From the NCBI GenBank assembly GCA_964106645.2, contig OZ067040.1: a DNA stretch of 64,000 bases; one strand, written 5' to 3'. Source of the DNA: Podarcis pityusensis. Lineage: Eukaryota. Both the position numbers and the translations under genes were made by a program. Shown one piece after another: positions 39,449-49,862 of this stretch. Position 1 is the first letter of the stretch. Each line of letters starts with the position of its first letter. A model generated the notes under the pieces. It was not told the DNA's origin and searched no databases. It was given only the letters and a program-made list of their open reading frames with translations.

Positions 39449-40735
39449 CTTATAAGACAACATGCCATTGCACACTGTATCCAAGGTTTGTTCTATTTGC
39501 ATGCCTGTAGTCCAAAAGCTGAATTCAGCGCTGATTGGATTTGCTTTTTGACAGCATGTGGTATTATTAGCCTCTAAAGCCTGACAGGACAATTCTATTG
39601 CACTTGTATGGGCCATATTACTTTCCTCAGTTTCATGCAAAATCACATATTTTACTAAGTCCATATCACTAGCATGTAAAGCTGCATCATCATCATAAAT
39701 ATCTATATCCTGAGTTGAAATATCCAGGAGGTCCTTTTCAATCATCTTGTCTTGGGTGTCTAATGGCTCATTAACTTCAGCGCTGTTCCTCACTTCCTCT
39801 TTGTCTAAAGTGAAATCATGTTCCCTCTCACCATCCTGGAGCCATTGGGGATGTGCTAAGAGGTCTTCTTTCAAATATGTCAGTGGACTGCAATGTCCAT
39901 CTCCTTCCCCTTGGTTGCCCTCATAGTTCCAGAAAGGTTCTTGCTCTATATGTGAAGCATTCTGCAATTTTACTCGACAGTGTCCACTGGTAGGGGCACT
40001 TCTGGAGGTAAGCAATGAAATTTGATGTTCACTACTAGAAATGGTAGGAGAAAATGATCCAAATTTACCCACAAACTGATTATCGTCTATGGAAGATATG
40101 CTCCTAAATTGAGTTTGTTCCCCTTCTAGCACATCTTGTTTTTCTTCTCTTTCTGCTGGAGGACTGCACAGACCAGAGTCATCTTCTTCGGAAGTTAGAG
40201 AACTAGTCCCACATTTGACCTGGCCTGTTGCTGCTAAGTCGGACACATCAACAGTCCCATCAAGTGAGCACTCACTTTTATTTGCATAGTCTGCAAAATT
40301 TGGTGGGACAAGCATCCTCCAGGATCTCCTATGTTCTTTCTTTTCTGTGTGATACTTTGCTTTGGGCAAGCCAGCTGTTCGAATGATGTCACTGTTCAGC
40401 TTAAGGGCATCAAAGATCATTTTTTCATCTAGCTTATTGGCTTCCCGTCCTCTGAGTTCAAAGACACTAGAGGAGGAGAGGGCACCATTGGAGCACAATG
40501 TACTAAGGTCCAGTGTTCTATGACTATACGGCAAAGTCCGATCTGAGAAATGCCTGGAGGAGAGGCTGCCTTTAGAACCTGAGTCAATCTGTTCATTCAG
40601 CCGCACTGTGTCATAGATTGACCTCTGGGGAACATAACAGTCCTCAATATTTATATCCTCTTCTTCTTCATCACCTTTTCCTACACAAGGAGGATTCTGG
40701 CGCAAACAGTCTGGCCTGCTCAGCGGCTTCCCCAT
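39449..40735 (-). CDS. DST: Putative alternative first coding exon of DST (KIAA0754-like, 429 aa, MGKPLSRPDCLRQNP...MLSYK)
   Basis: 1,287-nt open frame, ATG in good Kozak context (gcagaaATGG), in-frame stop upstream, AAG|gtaatt phase-0 donor matching the phase-0 acceptor at 35344. The N-terminus resembles human KIAA0754 inside MACF1 (recalled). Confidence 0.8.
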
Positions 40736-41279
40736 TTCTGCAGGAATTAACAGATCTAGCACTGCTGCGAGGCTACCTTATTGGAGACACGCAACACACA
40801 TAAAGTAAAAATTAAAATAAAGTAATAGAAAAGCAGTTTTTAAAAAGTACAGTAAACTTGCCCTCAGCAGAAAGATGCTTACATACTAAAACACAGGAAA
40901 TAATTTATGAGGCGGTTAAGGTCGTAATCAGTGCATCTGTGTAAGTTTACCTGGCTGTGATTTAAAACATTTCTCCCCCTGCCCCTAAAATATAAAGTGC
41001 TTGAGCTGAAGGGGGTGGGTGGGGAGAGGGGAAACAAAAAACCCCCCACACCTTTTAATATTTTAAAATACTAACTCAACGCACAAAGACACCAACAAAA
41101 TGTACAAACCCCCCAAACCCCAGGAAAATCTTTAAGTGGCTCAAAAGACTCAGAACTTCCCACATAGCATTTCATTTCGATTTTTAGGTCAAAATGTGTG
41201 TCTTAAATCTCCAGATTAAGTCTTCAAAATGAATCAGCATTATAGCAGGCAGCACGCTATATTCAGGAGGTGACAGATT

Positions 41280-42350
41280 AACTGTAATCCATTTAAATGG
41301 CTTGCAGAATTCCATCTCCTTTATAAATAAGCCATGTTGTGGACGCTTTTGAAGAAAAACAAACCAGAAGAGCTGTGGACTGTGGAGACCAAGGCACAGA
41401 GAAAGGCTTCAGGAAAAACAAAGGTACATCCAGAGTTGTAATAATAATAATAATAATAAAAGAAGAAGCTTTCCCCCTTTTTTGGCAGCAGCTATAAATA
41501 ACCTCGATTCAAAAGGCAGTTTATTCCTTGCTTCCTTAAAGCTTCTCTGTGGTGAGTTCAGAAGTTCCATGGGAAACACAACAGTTTTCTGAGGAGCCAG
41601 ACCAATGAAATAATAATAATAATACAAAAAAGCAACGGAACAGAATTAGTAGAAAAAGAAACTTTCCCCCCAGTTTCTCTCGCAGAACACATTCCTTGAA
41701 AGTTGTTGTCCTGTTTTAAGGCAACACAGCAGGAAACTAGAGCATTTCTTCCTCCACTCCGGCACAAAGGCACAACAGATTCACATTCTGTTTAAATTCA
41801 GCAGGACTTTTTTTTTTGCATAAACGGTGGCTACAAGAGCATGGTCACTGTTTTCATCTCCGTCTTGAAGCGCAGCTGTAGCGAAGAAGGCATTAAAAAG
41901 AGCTCACAACAATAAACGCTCACATGTCCTGCCCAGCGCAGCTGATAAGCTTTCCGGCTCTCCCTGGTTTCTTATGGTCTGACAGGCATCCCTCCCAATA
42001 GTGAGCTTAAAAGAAACGCCCTTTGCTATTCTTTAGGCAACATCTGCTCCTATCGCATTCGCTCCCTGAGTATTATTCCAACCGAGCATTAGGAGGTGCC
42101 TGACCTCTTAGCTCTTCCCCCTTACGCTTCCTGCCCCACATGACTTTACTTAGCCATCTTTCACTTTTACTGTTTGTCTTGTCTCTGAATGAGGCTGAGC
42201 CTTTTCAGGGGGAGGTGCACAAAGGAGCAAGTTCCTGTCTGCAGCACTCCTGCATATCGGAGTCTGTGCTCTGTAATTCTGGAGGAAAAGAGGGTGGGTG
42301 GGTGGGTGGTGGCTCACAAGCAGAATGGAAAAACCGGTGCTAATTAGTTC
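41280..42350 (-). promoter_or_regulatory. Candidate internal promoter/enhancer upstream of the KIAA0754-like exon
   Basis: No repeat recognised here; locally more CpG. MEF2-consensus sites at 41321-41330 and 41492-41501, MCAT cattcct near 41690, E-boxes cagctg at 41873 and 41939, tgataa at 41943. Confidence 0.35.
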
Positions 42351-45194
42351 AAAATGTCAAAAATTTACTACATATTGCTTAACCGGGTAACCTGACACCA
42401 TACAAATATGGACCAGACTACCCAGGACCCTTCTAAAACACTGACAAACTGCACTTATTCTGCTTCATAACAAAAATAATAATCCAGTACTTACAAATTA
42501 TGCAGATTAACAGGAATCTGAATATAGTGGATGGTCACTTTTAATGGTATGTAGCATTATAAACTAAACTAACCAGCTGTATAATAAGAATTCAATCAAA
42601 TTGAATTACTTTCCACCATCACCATAAATCAATTTTAATTAACAGCCAGATCTTACTTCTGAGCAAGCCCCATGAAAAATCTCCATAGGATTGCATCCTT
42701 TGCTCTATATTTGTAACACATGTACATTATATTCTATAATTAGGGATTTAGCCGGCAAATTGGTCTCTCTGAATGACTACAGAATGCATTCTTCATTCAC
42801 AATCCAGTTAATCCAATGAAAAGGGATTTGCTTGATATTTTTTTACACTTCCTGGCTCTCAGACAACTGCAAATCCCAACACGCAAAGAAGTGCTGCAAC
42901 TTTTCAAAAATCTCACCCAGTACAGTACTCCTAAAAACCACACTATATTGAGGTAATAGCATGAGTAGTTTTACTTATTTGTTTCTGGATCTATTTAGAT
43001 GGAAGGCATATTATATTTTTAATAAAATAAATAGCTAAAGCACTAAAGAGAGTAAAAATAATACAGAGCAAGGAGAGCAGCTCATTTCTAAAGGCTGGTG
43101 GATTGTTAATTTATTTGCCATATGTATACCAGCATATCTACATATAAAAATGCCCACGTTGTTAACAACAATCATGTCCCACTAAAAAGACAATGTTTCA
43201 TACCACAAGCTGCAGTCACAACAAACCATATACAAAAACTACAGCAGAAAAAGCTCCCCTCCCTTGGGAAGGCAGCACTATAAGAAGGGATAGTTGCAGA
43301 CAGGAATGAAATTTCTGGCAGTCCATTGCCATACATATTCACTACTCCAAACTAAATCTTATTGTGTGCCACAAAGGATATTCCCAAATAAAGTGCAGCA
43401 AGTGTTTTCAAAACAGTGGCCCTGGATGGGGGGGCAGGAGACACTATTTGGGCTCTGCTTCAAGCAGCAAAATGGGTCAGTACTGGAATGACAATGAATC
43501 TTAAGACCCTCGCTTTGAAGGAAGTCTGTCACTCCCAACCCAGAATGTATTTATAGTCAGCTGAGCATGGATTTGTTGAACAGGCACTGTACATGTCCAA
43601 GGCAGCACCTGAACTGACACACGCAGCTACTCCTTCCATTTAAATGAATGGGGAAGACCATCTGTAAAGGAGCTCCATGTGAGCATTAGAATATACAGAG
43701 GGCTCTGGACAAAGGATAAGGTCTGTATGCAGGTAGCCACCCCAAATGTATGTTGAGTTTTTTTCTTTAATGTAGTGATAATAAATTATTATTCTTTTTT
43801 TCATTTTATATTTAAGCTGCAAAACAGATGCAAATATTGAAGTTGATGCAGCAACAAAATATAATTTTACTTTTGAAGGCGCCTCTGAAAAGAAACCATG
43901 TACTTCAGGGAAGAGTTAACACACTGCACTGATTCAATCAACAAGGTAAGAGGCCACCATCTACGACACCGACCTAAACCAATTTAAATATTAGTTCAAG
44001 CTCATCAACTGGAATATTCATCCGGGCCCAGATCTCCTATGAAGCGCAATTAGAAGGCACCTCTTGACATATATCTGAACACTGGAAATATACTGAAACG
44101 ACCCTTTCCGCATCTAGTAATGGTCTAAATGGGGGAGGGGATTTAATGAGCCATTCAGTGATAGAAACTGACATAAATCCATGTGCTTTAATAAATAAAA
44201 GAATAAATAAAAAGTGTGGCAGGTTTATGGCTGAAATATTTTGCAGACATTTCAAGGATTGTAATTACGTGGCAGAGATTGAACGCTGCTTCCCCACAAC
44301 CCCACCCTAGCATGAAGTAGCTCATTACAATGTTCAGCAAAATACAAACTAAACAAGGGCTTTTGTTTTTCAGGATCATCATAGCTGGTTGGCTCTTTGT
44401 GAGGAAATGGGCATGGTGTAACCCAAGTAAAGCAAGTTCATCTGCTGAATTTTTCTTTTGCCCACGTTCATTCAATGCGTACTTTCTTTAAAGCACAAAG
44501 GTCTACAATAAAACTGAATGAAAGTGAGAGAATGAAAGAGAAACACCATGAAATACAATATGCCAGCTACTGTAACTAACTGAAAATGGAGCTTTGATTG
44601 GAAACACTGGAAGATTTGTTCTTGGGTAGGATTTCTGAACACAAAACAAAATCCTCTTTTCTCTATGTAAATACCGATAGATAAGATATAAGAACCACAA
44701 GCAGACAATCTTCTTCTCAGCTACCCAAAAGCAATACTCGTTAAAAGTGGACTGACTACTGTTAATTGTAAAAATATATGCCTATGGACCATCGTTCTTG
44801 GTAATGATTTCAAAGGAGAGTCACTAGTCGCAATTCCAATTTGCTATTCCCTTCCTCCAATGAGCTTGGGACTACCACTTGAACTTTATTACTTTACTAT
44901 TACTTAGTGGTCTGCTTTGCACGTCATGTATATTCGTTTGTTTATTTCACAACATTTATATACCGTTGATTATAATAAAACCTCAAAGCGGTTTACAAAA
45001 AGAATAATCCAGTAACAATAACAGTAAAAAAATCACTAAAAATAAGTATTTATAACATTCAAAACAAGTAAAAACATCAATAAGCTAAAAACTGGGTCCA
45101 GACACTGTTCCAAGGCATGCACAATTGCTCCTAATTCAGATGTTATGGCTGAGTGACACCAGCATACTGATGGTACCTGGCCGCAAAACTTCTA

Positions 45195-47827
45195 TTTTTT
45201 TTTTTTTAAAGCAATTTATTGGGTTTTACAATAAGAGTAAACATAATAAACAATATAACATTTATCTTAACATAGTTTCACATTTTCTTTGGACTTCCTC
45301 ACACCTCCCGCTCCCACTTTCATCGTTATAACATTTTGTCAGCAATTTATCATCTTATTTAAATTCTTATATCCCTTCTATATTTCATAATCTTATAATT
45401 CTCAGAGGGAGCTAAATTTTCACAGTCTTACTTATTTTCTTAAAAACTTCTAAATTTAGTGGTGCTCAGTTGTTTTAGTCTAGCATCTTATTTAGCATTC
45501 ACTCAAATTACAATGCTTTTGTAAATAGTTCTTAAATTTCTTCCAATCCTCCTCAATCCTCTCTTCTCCCAGGTCACGAATTCTGCCGGTCATTTCAGCC
45601 AGTTCCATGTAGTCTATCAGTTGCATCTGCCATTCTTCCAGTGTGGGTAGATCTTGAGTTTTCCAGTGTTTTGCGAGAAGTATCCTTGCTGCTGTTGTTG
45701 CATACATAAAAAATGTCTGGTCCTTCTTTGCCACCCCTTGGCCGACAATACCCAAAAGGAAAGCCTCTGGTTTCTTAGTGAAGGTATATTTAAATACCTT
45801 TTTCAATTCATTATAAATCATTTCCCAGAACGCCTTCACTTTAGGGCAAGTCCACCAGAGGTGGAAGAACGTTCCCTCGCACTCTTTACATTTCCAACAC
45901 TTATTATCAGACAGGTGGTAAATTTTGGCAAGTTTGACTGGGGTCATATACCATCTATAAATCATTTTCATTACATTTTCTTTCAGAGCGTTACATGCAG
46001 TAAATTTCAATCCATTACTCCACAACCTCTCCCAGTCCTCAAACATGATATTATGCCCAATGTCCTGTGCCCACCTTATCATAGCCGATTTAACCGTTTC
46101 ATCTTGTGTATTCCATTTCAACAGCAAGTTATACATCCTTGAAAATACCTTAATCTTTGGTTCTAACAATTCTGTTTCTAGTTTCGATTTCTCCACCTGG
46201 AACCCTAGTTTCTTATCATTTTTAAAAACTTCTTTAATCTGAGCGTAATGTAACCAATCTCGCACTTTGTCTTTCATTTTCTCCAAACTCTGCAATTTCC
46301 AATTGTCTCCATCCTTTTCTAGTATTTCCCAATATTTTGGCCATTTAGCCTCCATATTGGGTCTTTTTCGGGCCTTAGCTTCCAGAGGTGAAAGCCACCT
46401 TGGTGTTTTATTTTCCAGCAAGTCTTTATATTTTGTCCAGACATTAAACAGTGATTTTCTGACAATATGGTTCTTAAAGGCCTTATTTGCTTTAACCTTG
46501 TCATACCATAAATATGCATGCCAACCAAAAGCGTTGTTAAACCCTTCCAAATCCAACACATCAGTGTCTTCAAGAAGTAGCCAGTCTTTTAGCCAGCAGA
46601 ACGCTGCGGCTTCATAATACAACTTTAAGTCTGGCAGGGCAAAGCCCCCTCTTTGTTTTGCATCGGTTAATATCTTAAACTTAATTCTGGGCTTTTTGCC
46701 CTGCCAGACAAACTTAGAAATGTCTCTCTGCCACTTCTGAAAGCACTCCGTTTTGTCCAAAACCTGAAGTGTTTGAAATAAAAACAACATCCTTGGCAAT
46801 ACGTTCATCTTGATAGCAGCAATTCGGCCTAACAAAGAAAGTTTCAATTTTGACCAACTATCTAAGTCTCTCTTAATTTCTGTCCAGCATTTTTCATAAT
46901 TATCCTTAAATAGACTTAGATTTTTTACTGTTATGTTTACCCCTAGGTATTTTACTTTTTTAACCACATTGAGTTCCGTCTCATTCTGAAACCGTTCTGA
47001 CTCTGTGTCAGTCAAATTTTTCCCCAAAACCTTAGTTTTCTGTTTATTTAGTTTAAATCCAGCCACCCGACCAAAGTCATTAATCAGTTGTAATACTCTT
47101 TTCGTACTGGGCTCTGGCTTCTGCAAGGTCAAGACCAAGTCATCTGCGAAAGCTTTTAATTTATATTGTTTCTGACCGACCTGAATTCCTTCCACCAACC
47201 GATCCCCTCTAATCATGTTCAATAGCACTTCCAGAACCGAAATAAATAACAAAGGGGAAATAGGGCAACCTTGTCGTGTCCCTTTTTCAATTTTGAACTC
47301 TTCTGTAACCACATTATTAACTATCAATTTAGCTTTCTGTTCTGAATATATCGCCTCAATCCCATTCTCAAAACCCCGTCCCACTCCCATCTCTTTTAAA
47401 TTTCCCATCATAAATTTCCAGGAGATATTGTCAAAGGCCTTCTCCGCGTCTATAAAAATTAAAACTGCTTTTGTATTTATATCTGTTTGCAAAAGTTCCA
47501 AGATGTCAATAATGTTCCTTGTATTAGCAAACAGATGTCTACCTGGGAGAAAGCCAGCCTGGTCCTTGTGAATTACTTCATTTAAAACTTTTTTAAATCT
47601 ATTTGCCAAAATGTCTGCAAATATTTTGTAATCCACATTTAAAAGAGAGATGGGACGGTAGTTCTTAAGTTGTGTCTTTTCAGTTTCTGACTTTGGTATT
47701 AATGTGATGAACGCTTCCTTCCACGACTCCGGTGCCCTCTTCCCCTCCATAATTTCATTGCTGACCTCCATCAAGGGTTGTATCAAATAGTCTTTTAATG
47801 TCTTATAGTACTTGGAGGTCAGCCCAT
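45195..47827 (-). mobile_element. 5'-truncated L1-clade LINE retrotransposon with poly(A) tail and 18-bp TSD
   Basis: TSD ctggccgcaaaacttcta at 45177-45194 and 47828-47845. T13 at 45195-45207 is poly(A) on the minus strand. AATAAA (minus) at 45215-45220. Confidence 0.95.
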
Positions 47828-47837
47828 CTGGCCGCAA
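45492..47837 (-). CDS. L1 ORF2 fragment: reverse transcriptase plus C-terminal Cys/His knuckle, endonuclease missing
   Basis: Motifs PDG, YRPISLLNVDYKI, DAEKAFD, GTRQGCPISPLLF, FADD, KYLG, CWKC-x8-H-x4-C. The nominal start codon lies in the TSD, so this is probably not translated. Confidence 0.9.
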   Translation of the reverse strand: MRPDGLTSKYYKTLKDYLIQPLMEVSNEIMEGKRAPESWKEAFITLIPKSETEKTQLKNYRPISLLNVDYKIFADILANRFKKVLNEVIHKDQAGFLPGRHLFANTRNIIDILELLQTDINTKAVLIFIDAEKAFDNISWKFMMGNLKEMGVGRGFENGIEAIYSEQKAKLIVNNVVTEEFKIEKGTRQGCPISPLLFISVLEVLLNMIRGDRLVEGIQVGQKQYKLKAFADDLVLTLQKPEPSTKRVLQLINDFGRVAGFKLNKQKTKVLGKNLTDTESERFQNETELNVVKKVKYLGVNITVKNLSLFKDNYEKCWTEIKRDLDSWSKLKLSLLGRIAAIKMNVLPRMLFLFQTLQVLDKTECFQKWQRDISKFVWQGKKPRIKFKILTDAKQRGGFALPDLKLYYEAAAFCWLKDWLLLEDTDVLDLEGFNNAFGWHAYLWYDKVKANKAFKNHIVRKSLFNVWTKYKDLLENKTPRWLSPLEAKARKRPNMEAKWPKYWEILEKDGDNWKLQSLEKMKDKVRDWLHYAQIKEVFKNDKKLGFQVEKSKLETELLEPKIKVFSRMYNLLLKWNTQDETVKSAMIRWAQDIGHNIMFEDWERLWSNGLKFTACNALKENVMKMIYRWYMTPVKLAKIYHLSDNKCWKCKECEGTFFHLWWTCPKVKAFWEMIYNELKKVFKYTFTKKPEAFLLGIVGQGVAKKDQTFFMYATTAARILLAKHWKTQDLPTLEEWQMQLIDYMELAEMTGRIRDLGEERIEEDWKKFKNYLQKHCNLSEC

Positions 47838-49659
47838 AACTTCTAATGGCAGCTCCCAGTCAGGAAATTGTTGCTACCAATCTAAACTATACCATGTAAT
47901 GATTGGACCATGACAAAGCAGTGCACTTCCACACCCAACCTCAGTCCATCCCTCATGTCATTTGGGGCAAAGACTACATCAAGGGTGTCTCCTAAATGAT
48001 GTGTTGGACCAATGACTATTTGAGAGAGCTGTATGGTTGTAATGAAGGCCTTAAGTCTTGAGCTCAGCCAATACAGTGGCAGCCTCTAATGGATATTGAA
48101 ATAGTCCAGAGACTACCCTGACCAGCTTGATCAAGCATGCTGCTGGGCAACAGGGTAATTGATAGACCAGCAGCATCCCCAGTCTGCTTCTTTGGCCAAG
48201 CACCAGGTACAGACCCTCTGATAGCCTGTCCCAGGATCAAGAGATTTGCTAGTAAAGGAGATGGTGCAGTTATGGACAATAGCAACACACATACCCTCAA
48301 CCCCTCACCGTAGCTTACTGCTAAAACAAGGAACGGAGACCAAAAAGCTAGGTCTCTGCCTCAAATGGTGGTCGTCCACAGGAAACACCTTGGTTACAGA
48401 TCATGATTATGGTGGAGAGAGACATGCCACAAGCCCAAGTTAAGATGACAGGCTAAGTCAAACCATGGCTTAGCTCAGTCTGGTGTAGCAGCAAAACAAC
48501 TGAGGAGCAGCAAGATGACCATTATCTCCTCTCTGGGAGCAGCACACTTGCACTAAGAGATGGTTTGTCTTAGTGTGGCATGAAAACCAGGTCACTGTCT
48601 GAAAGAAGCCCACACCATCATCTCAAAAGGCATATACTGTGAGGAAAAATTTACAATTTTGCGGTTGACTGTTGACTTATTATTGGATAAAGTGGATAAT
48701 GCGAACCACTTTTCATATTCCTATTTGTAAATGAAGCATGGTTTAAAATGCATTTACATATATAAAAACAGATAATACGGATTATCAGGAATAATATAAT
48801 TTAATTAATTAATTAATATACCGCCTTATACCCACAGGTCTTAGGGCGGTTAACAGGATAAAATCACAATATAAAAACACAAAATACATAATCAAAATAA
48901 ACACAAGAACAACCCGCTAACACCCCCCACAAATAATCAGAGAGGGAAAACAAAATTTAAAACACACAGTATTTGTAATAAAACATATAAAAATACCCAT
49001 CAGGTATCATCAAGGAGCAGATTAAAAGATCAATTTAACTATCTTTCAAATCAAAACATTTTAGCCATTGGTTCCCACCCCCACCCAATTGTAACCATTC
49101 ATAGAATGGTTCATAGAAATAATAATACAAAGCTCTGTTTTTCTTCTTATTGCAAACATAGGTGTATATCTTCAAGAAAAAGAGAGGTCCTTCCGAAAGG
49201 ACCTTCAGAAGTGTGCTATTAAACCCATTCAAGTTGCCCTCACATAACCTGAATTGGATGCTAAAGACAAAGAAAGAGACTAATCTTTGTAGTCCAACAA
49301 CAGGGATTTGTGAAGCTTTGTGTGCGACTGTTGCCAAAATGCATTGTTGCATGTGATGAACACATTCTGCCAAGCAAATTGGATCCAGACTTAGTTGTGC
49401 TTAGAGTAGATCCATTGAAATCAACAGGGCTTTAGAAATGATTTAAGTCCTGTTCATTTCCAGTGGGTCTACTCTAAGCATGACTAAGTGAATACAAGAA
49501 GAAGAAGAAGAGTTTGGATTTGATATCCCGCCTTTCACTCCCCTTCAGGAGTCTCAAAGCGGCTAACATTCTCCTTTCCCTTACAACCCAAAGATGTTCT
49601 AGATAAAATGTACATGGAATGAACATGCTGAATGTTTTCATAAATAAACAAATAAATCA

Positions 49660-49862
49660 GAGTGTCATGCTAGGACATGGGAGAACAAGCTTCAAATCCC
49701 CACTTGGTCATGAAGCTCACTGGGTGACCATGGGCTAGTCACCAATTCTCAGCCTAGCCTATGGGGCTGTTGTGAGGGTAATGGAGAGGGGGGAAGCTTT
49801 ATGCTGCCTTGATCTCTTTGGAGGCAAGGTGGGATATACAATGTAATAAATAATAAATAAAT
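49660..49862 (+). mobile_element. Degraded tRNA-derived SINE (MIR/Squam3-like) with (TAAA)n tail
   Basis: B-box-like gcttcaaatccc, catgaagctcactgggtgacc core, A-rich tail. Confidence 0.55.

Noticed and set aside
40736-40762. ORF-track start at 40762
   Set aside because: It is a GTG. The ATG at 40735 has good Kozak context and matches the recalled homolog start.
45654-47571. Plus-strand ORFs of 65-162 aa over the L1
   Set aside because: Antisense shadows of ORF2 with no independent coding signal
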